NCBI GenBank assembly: GCA_016840855.1
Contig: JAEORO010000085.1
Location: forward strand, 1 to 16,974
DNA length: 16,974 nucleotides
Source: Candidatus Thorarchaeota archaeon
Lineage (GTDB): Archaea > Asgardarchaeota > Thorarchaeia > Thorarchaeales > Thorarchaeaceae
Direction: 5' to 3'
Positions within the stretch are counted from its first letter, which is position 1, and every line of letters starts with the position of its first letter. Of the stretch, positions 1 through 8,126 are shown piece by piece. A program made the translations under genes and the position numbers. The notes below the pieces were generated by a model that made no database searches, was not told the origin of the DNA, and was given only the letters and a program-made list of their open reading frames with translations.

Positions 1-621
1 CATCATGTAGATGTGTTAGTTCTCCCTGAGTTGGCGAATTCTGGTTATTATTTCGATTCGTATGAAGATGTGATGATGTGTTCTGAGAACATACCTTCTG
101 GTCCCCTATCGAAAGAACTAATCAAATGGTCTAAGAAGGGGGGTCTTGTTGTGGCAGGGATCAATGAATCAACGGAGAAGGGTCTTTATAACTCAGCAGC
201 AGTAATGGCAAATGGGACTCATTTGGGAACTTATCGAAAGCATCACCTTTACGGTCCTGAGAAGGAATGGTTTTTGAAAGGACCAATTGAGCCACGAGTC
301 TTTAGGTACCATGAACTTGTATTCAGTGTTGTAATTTGTTTTGAATGGAATTATCCTGAGAGAATCAGGAGTGCTGCTCAAAAGGGGTCAAAGTTAATTC
401 TTCATCCAGTAAATAGTAGCAACTATCGCTGGCGAGATGCCATGAAGACCATTGCCATCAATAACGGTGTTTTCACAGCTTCTGCAAATAGAGTTGGAAG
501 TGAAGGAGATTGCACTTTCTCTGGAGAATCATCCATCATAAATCCAAATGGTGAAATCATACTAAAAATGGATTCACAAAACCATCGGGTAGAGTGTATT
601 GATATCGAAAAAATGGCTTAA
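1..621 (+). CDS. Carbon-nitrogen hydrolase (nitrilase/amidase superfamily), 5'-truncated by the window edge
   Basis: Frame is open from base 1 (HHVDVLVLPE...), so the true start lies outside the window. Glu-Lys-Cys triad motifs are present (LPEL, YRKHHL, VICFE), plus YNSA, ANRVG and FSGESSIINPNG. Stop TAA at 619-621. Confidence 0.88.
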   Translation, partial: HHVDVLVLPELANSGYYFDSYEDVMMCSENIPSGPLSKELIKWSKKGGLVVAGINESTEKGLYNSAAVMANGTHLGTYRKHHLYGPEKEWFLKGPIEPRVFRYHELVFSVVICFEWNYPERIRSAAQKGSKLILHPVNSSNYRWRDAMKTIAINNGVFTASANRVGSEGDCTFSGESSIINPNGEIILKMDSQNHRVECIDIEKMA

Positions 622-789
622 TTATCTAATATCCTCTTTTACTTGATTTTCTATATGTTACTCTCACAGTTTCCAGTCTTCTTAATCTGACTAGATTACC
701 TTTGTACAGAAGAACCATCATCCAATAAATAATAGTTAATAATATGTCGCTTTTGGAGTGGCCTTTCTATTTGTATTTGTCCAATAATC

Positions 790-2673
790 TCAAAGATTCA
801 GTAGGAATGTATACTGGTCATCCTCTATGCTCAGTTTACTCTCAATCAACTTGCCTGTTCTATGTATGAAGTCAATCATTGGAATATTCTTGGGATGCAC
901 GTAGGCAATGAACGCACTGACACCCTTGCTTTTCGCAATTCTCATCATCTGACTAAGGAGAAATGTACCAATTCCCCTGTTCTGATACTCGTCTTGGACA
1001 AGAAGTGCAAACTCAGCTTGATTCGTGCTTCTATTTAGCAGATATCTTCCTGCTGCAATTATCTTTTCACACTCGTCATCATTATATAGAACACCAACCA
1101 AGGAGATATCAGATTCTTGATCAACATAGTAGAATTCTTGCAAAGTTTGTCTTCTGAGACTCCTTAGAGGTGTTAAGAATCTAAAGAAAATTGACTCCTC
1201 ACTGAGATCATAGAAGAGTCCTTTGATTCGATCAGCATCGTCCGGTCGTATAAGTCTAACATGTACAGTGATTGGTCCATCTGGTCCCTCAAACTCTTGC
1301 TGCGATTCGTATTCTGTTGGAAAGTAAGTACCTCTTGAGAGGAATGGCACTTGGTCTTCAAACACATAGTGCATTTTCTTGGCTGCTTCAAGAAGTCCAT
1401 CTCTAAAATCTGGGTGGGCTATAGCAATCAGAGATAGGACTCTTTCACGTATTGTTTTCCCTCTTAGCATCGCTAATCCATATTCTGTGATGATGACATC
1501 CACATCTCCTCGAGTCGTAACAACTCCTGCTCCTTCACTTAATCGAGGTACAATCTTTGAAACTGTGCCATTCAAAGCTGTGGACTTGAGACAAATAATG
1601 GATTTTCCACCTTCAGATCTAGATGCACCACGTATGAAGTCAACTTGTCCACCAATGCCACTATAAAAAGCATGGCCGATTGAATCTGAGCAAACTTGTC
1701 CAGTCAGGTCTACCTCAAGTGCTGAGTTGATTGCCACCATCTTCCTATTCTGACTAATGACATATGGGTCATTGACATAAGCAGTATCTCGAAACTCAAA
1801 TACTGGATTGTTGTTCACATAGTCATAGAGTTTCTTAGTTCCCATCGCGAAGCTAGATGTAACCTTTCCTCTATTGATGCTCTTCTTCTGGTTTGTGACA
1901 ATACCACTCTCAATTAAGTCGATAATACTATCACTGAATATTTCAGTATGTATTCCTAGATCCTTTACTCCCGAGTTGATGAGGTTATTAGTGACTGCTT
2001 TAGCAACTGTACCTATCCCTACTTCTATTGTTGATTCGTTTTCTATTAGTTTCGCTGCATATTCTCCAATCCGATTTTTTCTCTCACTCACTTCAGGAGG
2101 TTCAAACTCCCTTAGCGGTTCGTTATATGGCACTAGGTAATCCATCTCTTTAACATGAAGAAAGGAATCTCCATGAGTCACTGGCATTCGTTCATTCACT
2201 TGGGCTATCACCAAGTCTGCATTTTCTGCTCCTGTCTTGGTGACATCTACAGAAATTCCAAGTGAACAATAACCAAAATCGTCAGGAGGGCTAACTTGTA
2301 TCAATGCGACATCAATTGGTATTCTTCTAGTTCTAAAAAAGAATGGGATGTCTGATAATGGTGCAGGCGTATAATCCGCACGTCCCTCTGAAACTGCATT
2401 TCGAATGTTGTCTGAAACAAAGAATGTGTTATGTCTGAACTGCGTTTGGAATTTTGGATCCGCTGATGGAGTATTTCCAATTGTGAGTAAATGGACAATC
2501 TCATTATCTGCCATCCTGTCTGCATTCTTGCCTAGCTCCTGAACAAGATGATATGGGACACCGCATCCTGTTCCGAGCAGGATACGAGTCCCACGCCTGA
2601 TTTTCGAAATGGCTTTTGCAGCTGTGACAATCTTGTCCTTGTATTTCTCAGTCCAATCTCCCTGGGCATTCAT
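790..2673 (-). CDS. Acetyl-CoA hydrolase / family I CoA-transferase (4-hydroxybutyrate CoA-transferase-like) fused to a C-terminal GNAT acetyltransferase
   Basis: 627 aa. N-terminal ~440 aa contain DVALIQVSPPD, GIHTE (catalytic Glu), INSALEVDLTGQV, SGIGGQVDFIRGA and VTTRGDVD..ITEYG. C-terminal ~180 aa contain IRPDD, AEFALLV and the acetyl-CoA-binding motif QNRGIG. Confidence 0.9.
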   Translation of the reverse strand: MNAQGDWTEKYKDKIVTAAKAISKIRRGTRILLGTGCGVPYHLVQELGKNADRMADNEIVHLLTIGNTPSADPKFQTQFRHNTFFVSDNIRNAVSEGRADYTPAPLSDIPFFFRTRRIPIDVALIQVSPPDDFGYCSLGISVDVTKTGAENADLVIAQVNERMPVTHGDSFLHVKEMDYLVPYNEPLREFEPPEVSERKNRIGEYAAKLIENESTIEVGIGTVAKAVTNNLINSGVKDLGIHTEIFSDSIIDLIESGIVTNQKKSINRGKVTSSFAMGTKKLYDYVNNNPVFEFRDTAYVNDPYVISQNRKMVAINSALEVDLTGQVCSDSIGHAFYSGIGGQVDFIRGASRSEGGKSIICLKSTALNGTVSKIVPRLSEGAGVVTTRGDVDVIITEYGLAMLRGKTIRERVLSLIAIAHPDFRDGLLEAAKKMHYVFEDQVPFLSRGTYFPTEYESQQEFEGPDGPITVHVRLIRPDDADRIKGLFYDLSEESIFFRFLTPLRSLRRQTLQEFYYVDQESDISLVGVLYNDDECEKIIAAGRYLLNRSTNQAEFALLVQDEYQNRGIGTFLLSQMMRIAKSKGVSAFIAYVHPKNIPMIDFIHRTGKLIESKLSIEDDQYTFLLNL

Positions 2674-2744
2674 TCTTACTCGCCTTTGGTTAAAAGTACG
2701 TGACTGTATCTTTGGATTTGAGCGTTTCGAACCATTCTAATATC

Positions 2745-3554
2745 CTAGTTTTCCTGTCCTAGTAACCGTAGCAGTGTAGCTTCACTGAGTAATCCAAGTT
2801 TCTCAGCAATTGAGTCAGATGCTTTCACAGCTAGCGATTTTCCATCCAGTTCGAATAGTGACTCTCCTCTATAGTTGGCTCTGGAGAGCTCCTCATCGCT
2901 CGGAATCATTCCGACAAGTTCCAATCCCTCAGCTTCCAACTTCATTCTAAGGTCATTCTCCATATCTGGAGGAATCCGGTTCCCAATCACAACGATCTTC
3001 TTGAACTCAATATGAACCTCCTTTGCAAGGTCTCTTATCCTCAGGGCTGCTTCATAGGCTGCTCTTGAAGGATCTACCACAATAATGAGGACATCCACGT
3101 TACGGTTTGTGCGTCTGCTTAGGTGTTCAAGACCCGCACTCATATCCATAAGTGTGATTTCGTAGTTTTGACTTAAAGTATCTAGTATCTGTGTAAGGAG
3201 TCGATTGACGTAACAATAACACCCCTCACCTTCTGTTCTTCCCATAGCTAAAAAATCAAACTTCGGATTTTCCACAAGTGCCTCGAAAATCTCTCCTTCA
3301 AGAACATCCTGCTTTGCGACTTCTCCCGAGTATGTACCATTATCAATATCTTGGCGAAGTCTAGTTGCTATTGATCCAACAGATTTTTGGACCTCAATAC
3401 CAAGCGCACGAGGGAGATTCATAACTGGGTCTGCATCAACCACAAGAAGGTCTCTTTTAGTCTTCTCAGTAACAATGCGTGTGAGAAGAGCTGATATTGT
3501 TGTTTTTCCCACACCGCCTTTGCCTGATACAGAAATTACGAGACGTTCTCTCAT
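2745..3554 (-). CDS. cooC: CooC/AcsF-type nickel-insertion ATPase (ACS-associated CooC2-like)
   Basis: Deviant Walker A GKGGVGKTT, DADP, metal-binding EGCYC, DMSAGLEHLSR. Start moved from 3581 to ATG 3554, which avoids overlap with cdhE and follows GAGGAGTGA spanning the cdhE stop. Confidence 0.88.
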   Translation of the reverse strand: MRERLVISVSGKGGVGKTTISALLTRIVTEKTKRDLLVVDADPVMNLPRALGIEVQKSVGSIATRLRQDIDNGTYSGEVAKQDVLEGEIFEALVENPKFDFLAMGRTEGEGCYCYVNRLLTQILDTLSQNYEITLMDMSAGLEHLSRRTNRNVDVLIIVVDPSRAAYEAALRIRDLAKEVHIEFKKIVVIGNRIPPDMENDLRMKLEAEGLELVGMIPSDEELSRANYRGESLFELDGKSLAVKASDSIAEKLGLLSEATLLRLLGQEN

Positions 3555-3565
3555 TCTGGTGGTTT

Positions 3566-4981
3566 TCACTCCTCTTTCCATTTGCCTTCTTGCAAATACT
3601 TTCCAATTCCACTCGAATCTCGTGGACCTACTTTTATTGTCCAGCCACTGGCTTCTTCAGTTTCACCACTGATCCTAGCTGCCATCCCTGGACTTATCAG
3701 AATCTTGTGATTTACCTTATCTGCGACCTTATATTCCTCAAGAGTTTCGGCCACTTTTTCAGCTGTGAGTTTACGACCAGCTACAGCTGATTGAACGCTC
3801 ATTCCTTCAGTATCCACTACAACCAGATAAGTATCAACACCTGCTTGTTTGATGTCGCTCTCAACTGTGAAGTAAGTGAGTGCGAAATTGGTTGTGTACA
3901 TGACTGGTGCATCCGGTCCCACAGTCCCGAATTCTTTCAATCCTGGCTCAACAGCAACGGGTTTCACAGGATCTGTATAGAGATTGCTACGAAGGAATGT
4001 CGTAGGAAGATTCGTCCACATATCCAAACTGTGCAGCACAATTAGGTCTGCATATCTTACTATGAGCGCTGATGCGGTGAGAACTTCATTCCATTTTGTT
4101 AGTTCAGGAGCTTCGCCTTCTCGATGATCCGCCCATGCTCCAATTGGTGCTGCGAGGGTAGGATAACCGAGAAGTTCATTTTCTTCGTTAATTGCAGAAC
4201 GTCTGATTTGCGTAAAATCATCGACTGTGGTTCCAAGACCTGATTTTGAGAGAGTACCTGGGTCGAGTATGATATCTTCAACCCCTAACGCTCGCAATGT
4301 ATTTACAAGTGAAGATAGATTGTCAAGACTTCCAGGTGCATATGCCACCAGCGGTAAATTGTGTTTGGCAGCAACTGTCCCAACATCGGCCCATGTGTCC
4401 AATGTTGCAGCATAGAGTAATGGTCTCCTATCCGCAATAGCATTAGCCGCAGCTGCAAGCATCTCTGGATTCAGCGAGCATAGCATTATTGGCCATTTGG
4501 TCAACTCAGTCAGTTTCTTTGCAGCAGTAGCGAAGGTCTTCGGATCCTGAGAAACGCCTCTAAGTGCAATTCCATCCAAGCTGAGGTTGGTTCCAATGTA
4601 GACATATGTCCAATCTTCTATTGCTTTCACTCTAGCTGCAAATGCCTCAGCTGCTAGGTTGTCCGGAATGTCAATGAAGAACGAAGTCGGGTTCGAGTAT
4701 CTAAGGTCATGCCTGTATAGCACGAGTTTTCCACCAACACTTTTGGCATGTTCACCAACACCGATGACAACTTCCCTTACTGGAGGTCTGACAAGTTCTC
4801 TCAGTTTTTCTAGCTTCTTGGCATACTTTGCTTCCTTAAAGAGTGGAGCACAAGCCTTCAGCTTTACAGTGTGTTCCGCCATCTTTGTTGCAAATGCCAT
4901 GCAGTTGGCTTCTCCACACTCTTGGCAATTTGTACCGGGGAGTAATGGGTAGATTTCTAATGGACCTGGTAGCTTTGCCAT
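3566..4981 (-). CDS. cdhE: ACDS gamma subunit, corrinoid Fe-S protein large subunit
   Basis: 471 aa. N-terminal LPGTNCQECGEANCMAFA...C [4Fe-4S] motif, VLYRHD, YTDP.KP, TTNFALTYFTVESD, VGPRDSS. Confidence 0.96.
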   Translation of the reverse strand: MAKLPGPLEIYPLLPGTNCQECGEANCMAFATKMAEHTVKLKACAPLFKEAKYAKKLEKLRELVRPPVREVVIGVGEHAKSVGGKLVLYRHDLRYSNPTSFFIDIPDNLAAEAFAARVKAIEDWTYVYIGTNLSLDGIALRGVSQDPKTFATAAKKLTELTKWPIMLCSLNPEMLAAAANAIADRRPLLYAATLDTWADVGTVAAKHNLPLVAYAPGSLDNLSSLVNTLRALGVEDIILDPGTLSKSGLGTTVDDFTQIRRSAINEENELLGYPTLAAPIGAWADHREGEAPELTKWNEVLTASALIVRYADLIVLHSLDMWTNLPTTFLRSNLYTDPVKPVAVEPGLKEFGTVGPDAPVMYTTNFALTYFTVESDIKQAGVDTYLVVVDTEGMSVQSAVAGRKLTAEKVAETLEEYKVADKVNHKILISPGMAARISGETEEASGWTIKVGPRDSSGIGKYLQEGKWKEE

Positions 4982-4982
4982 T

Positions 4983-6173
4983 TCATGTCCCCTCCGGTAT
5001 AGAAAGTGTGGTCCAATCCGGATACTCCTCCGGTTTGACCTGTCTTTTTTCTTTCATCCAATCAACAAGATCATGTAAGGTCTTGATGGCCGCTGGATGC
5101 ATCATCATGAAGAGATCATTTCCTGCAAGTAAAAGCGCGAGAGCAGTGACACTTTCCCAAATTGGTCCTCTCAGCTCTCTTGGACCTAGTTCAGGATTAT
5201 TCAACCAAGCTTCTCTTGCAGCCCACGCATTGGTGGTTCCTGAGCTAATCGGAAAACGAAGTTCATCATCACCAAGCAAACCAGCGAGACGCATTCGTTG
5301 CATGATTGTAAATGCATACTCCAGACCATATCCTAAAGCTGCTGTTGTAGGATCTATGACAATTTGTTCTGGTGTCAACCATTCAAAGAGTCTTCGATTT
5401 AGTTCCTTCTGCTGGTTGATGTCAATTGATGTCCAAGATAACACAACTTGGTCATGTTTCTTTGCTGCAATAGCGATATCCTCGTAAACATCAACAGTTG
5501 CAGAACATAGGAGTGTTCTCTCTCCTTCACAGACTTCCGCAGCTTTGGCTAAAACAGATCCATCCTTCTCAGGGTCACCTGCTGAACCAATGAGGATGGG
5601 AACTTTAACCGCCTGCAATACTTCCTCGATTGTTTTTGCGGCATCGTTAGGTGACGTGTCACCGAGTTGACGGTCAGTGCTAATCAAGTGAAGTGTGACT
5701 ACATCAGCTCCAAACTTATCTACCACAAGCTTCGCCCATGCTGCTGGATCATCAAGAACCTCTTTGTAGTGCATTTTTACTGCCTTTGCTAATGATATGG
5801 GCATATCAAATACATCAGCTGCTACAATAGGTGGATGTTTTGGAGGTGCTTGAAACAGATCCCATGCCGGGGCAGTGTGTCCTCCGATTGTCACTGTTTT
5901 GTTTCTTGTGCCTCCTTGCCCTTTAGTAGCTCCAAGAGTAATCTCTTGGATACTCTTTGTGTATTTCCCTATGGGAGGTGTAAATGAGGCTGGGATTAAT
6001 GATTTTGGCATCTCAAGAGCTGGACGTGCTACAGCTTTTGCTACCTGTTGTACCATAGGACGTAGCGCCAACTTGAGCTCATCAAGTTCTATAGTGACAT
6101 TCTCAAGGATAAGTTCAGCAAAATCGCCGAACATATCATCCAGCGATGTGGTCCTTTCCTTGTCGGTTGTCAT
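4983..6173 (-). CDS. cdhD: ACDS delta subunit, corrinoid Fe-S protein small subunit
   Basis: 396 aa. GGTR..TVTIGG, DVFD, HLISTD, DPTTAALGYGLEY, TTNAWAAREAW, MMMHP. ATGA overlap with the cdhC stop at 6170-6173. Confidence 0.96.
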   Translation of the reverse strand: MTTDKERTTSLDDMFGDFAELILENVTIELDELKLALRPMVQQVAKAVARPALEMPKSLIPASFTPPIGKYTKSIQEITLGATKGQGGTRNKTVTIGGHTAPAWDLFQAPPKHPPIVAADVFDMPISLAKAVKMHYKEVLDDPAAWAKLVVDKFGADVVTLHLISTDRQLGDTSPNDAAKTIEEVLQAVKVPILIGSAGDPEKDGSVLAKAAEVCEGERTLLCSATVDVYEDIAIAAKKHDQVVLSWTSIDINQQKELNRRLFEWLTPEQIVIDPTTAALGYGLEYAFTIMQRMRLAGLLGDDELRFPISSGTTNAWAAREAWLNNPELGPRELRGPIWESVTALALLLAGNDLFMMMHPAAIKTLHDLVDWMKEKRQVKPEEYPDWTTLSIPEGT

Positions 6174-7576
6174 TTCTTCTTGTCACCTTTTCCTGTTCTT
6201 CGGATGATTACCTTCTCGGCGTAGATCTTTGCGTTCTTGAAGATGATTTCAAGTCCTCCTCCTACACCTCCGACATAGGCTGTCATCTCACCCGGAACCG
6301 CCATATAATCAGTTCCTGCTTCATCCGTAGCCATGGCTGCTTCATCAACTTCCTCTAGCTCAACCCATCGTTGTGCTACAGGATGGTTATTCTGTTTGAG
6401 AAATGTTTTGAGGTCTCCAATACTCATGACTTCTTTTTCAGTTGGGATTTTATCCCTTATCTCCTCTGGAATAAAGTCACTGACTCGATCTTTGATAACC
6501 TCTGGCATCCAAACAATACGGTTCCATCCATCGTCAACTTGTAAGAACTTGGGAGATCGCATATATTCAATCGAGATGCCATGGAATCCCGGAACTTGGC
6601 GACCTCCGGCTGTTGAATCTGCCATACTCGAGAATGGTAACCCGTTGACCGTATCTCCTTTGAAGTCTCTATGTACAATTCCCAAGCCATCCACTTCTGG
6701 TATGACGAACGCAATAGCTTCGAAGCAACCACAACTTGTGTGTGGCTTCTCAAATGCACTGTAAAGTGAAACTGAATTCACCTTACCAAGCGATTTCTCT
6801 GTATATGCTTGATTAACTCCTTCATATTCGCCACGATACTCATCAATTGTTGCACCTTTTGGAATTGCGTATAGTGGACCTTTTGGATCAACTCGTGCAG
6901 CGGCTCTCCCATCAAACCAACTAATTGCACCACAGTTCGCGTACCGTTGTGGTGTGATTGTACAAACATGAGTGGGAGCGAATGACTGACATAGTGAACA
7001 CCCGTAGAACGTATCTACTTCTGCGTCAGTGAGTCCTCGAGCACGCTCATCTCGCTGGTTGTATCTGTTAATCGCATCATCGTACCGTTCTTCAACAACT
7101 TTCGGGTCTGTAATGAAGGTTACCTGAATCTTTTCTATGATGTTCATCTCAGTCTTGAAAAGTCGTATCAGAACTCGGCCTAAGAACTCGAAAGAGTTGA
7201 AACCCTTCTCAAACGATTTCTTGCTGAGTCTAATCCAGATATCGTAACGCTGGTTGAGATGCATCATTCCCTCTACAAAGTTGACGTACTCATGGATACG
7301 TCTTTCAATTACCCCTTCAAGGTCTGGTTCAATCTCTTTTCCAGCTACTTCCACAACTATTCCAAGAGGATGATAGCTTCCTTCCTCCATATCCTTAAGG
7401 TCCGGACCAATTATTGTGATCTTTTCATCCTCGACATCACCCATTTCTCGGGCAATTGCTAGTTCGAATTTTTGCTTCATATTTGGTCCACCGAGTTCGA
7501 CAAACATATCTTTGCCACGAACTCGCTCACCTTCATATACAACACCAATATCTACAGGAATGTCTTCAAATGACAA
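6170..7576 (-). CDS. cdhC: ACDS beta subunit, acetyl-CoA synthase (archaeal short form, A-cluster)
   Basis: 468 aa, TTG start. YEGERVR, MHLNQR, A-cluster motifs FYGCSLCQSFAPTHVC, CGAI and HTSCGCFE. Confidence 0.97.
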   Translation of the reverse strand: MSFEDIPVDIGVVYEGERVRGKDMFVELGGPNMKQKFELAIAREMGDVEDEKITIIGPDLKDMEEGSYHPLGIVVEVAGKEIEPDLEGVIERRIHEYVNFVEGMMHLNQRYDIWIRLSKKSFEKGFNSFEFLGRVLIRLFKTEMNIIEKIQVTFITDPKVVEERYDDAINRYNQRDERARGLTDAEVDTFYGCSLCQSFAPTHVCTITPQRYANCGAISWFDGRAAARVDPKGPLYAIPKGATIDEYRGEYEGVNQAYTEKSLGKVNSVSLYSAFEKPHTSCGCFEAIAFVIPEVDGLGIVHRDFKGDTVNGLPFSSMADSTAGGRQVPGFHGISIEYMRSPKFLQVDDGWNRIVWMPEVIKDRVSDFIPEEIRDKIPTEKEVMSIGDLKTFLKQNNHPVAQRWVELEEVDEAAMATDEAGTDYMAVPGEMTAYVGGVGGGLEIIFKNAKIYAEKVIIRRTGKGDKKK

Positions 7577-7577
7577 T

Positions 7578-8126
7578 TTACTTACCGCCTCCTACGAGTT
7601 CAAGAATTTCGTCAAGAGATTCATGATACTGTTTCTCTTTCATGTTTGGGAAAGACCACTTTGCGTGGGGTTGATAATATCTTCCGAGAGCAATCGCCAC
7701 AATGTGTGGTGCAAAATTCATTACACCAGATAGCATGGTCCATTGCATATAGTATGGCTGGCCATATATCAATATCATATCATAGGGTCCTGTGCCATGA
7801 GGTCCTTTCCAATCTGGGTCTTGAAGTCTATATGCAAGCTCCATAGCTCCCATTGATTTTGCTCCATCAAAACCTCTCTCAATGAATGCTTTAATGGCCC
7901 CGCCTGTTGCAATCACAGGAATCTTACCAGCTCTAGAGAGGGCAATCGCGTAATCTACCATGTTTCCTTTCCCATGTTTTTCATTAGGTGCTTCTGAGCC
8001 AACAATTAGAAGTGGCTTCTTGGCTTTTGATAGGTCTCGTTTGAGAACATCTGGTTTCGAGAGAGCTTTAGCACTATCAGGGCCGCATATCTCTCCAGTT
8101 TGCCACGGAACAGGCTTCATTACCAT
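7578..8126 (-). CDS. cdhB: ACDS epsilon subunit
   Basis: 182 aa. AKKPLLIVG, LQDPDWKG, YYQPHAKWSFPN. Lies between cdhA and cdhC. TAATG overlap with the cdhA stop, preceded by a GGAGGTG Shine-Dalgarno-like sequence. Confidence 0.94.
   Translation of the reverse strand: MVMKPVPWQTGEICGPDSAKALSKPDVLKRDLSKAKKPLLIVGSEAPNEKHGKGNMVDYAIALSRAGKIPVIATGGAIKAFIERGFDGAKSMGAMELAYRLQDPDWKGPHGTGPYDMILIYGQPYYMQWTMLSGVMNFAPHIVAIALGRYYQPHAKWSFPNMKEKQYHESLDEILELVGGGK

Noticed and set aside
683-698. TAATCT-GACT-AGATTA hairpin as a bidirectional terminator
   Set aside because: Only a 6-bp AT-rich stem without an adjoining U-tract; too weak to call.
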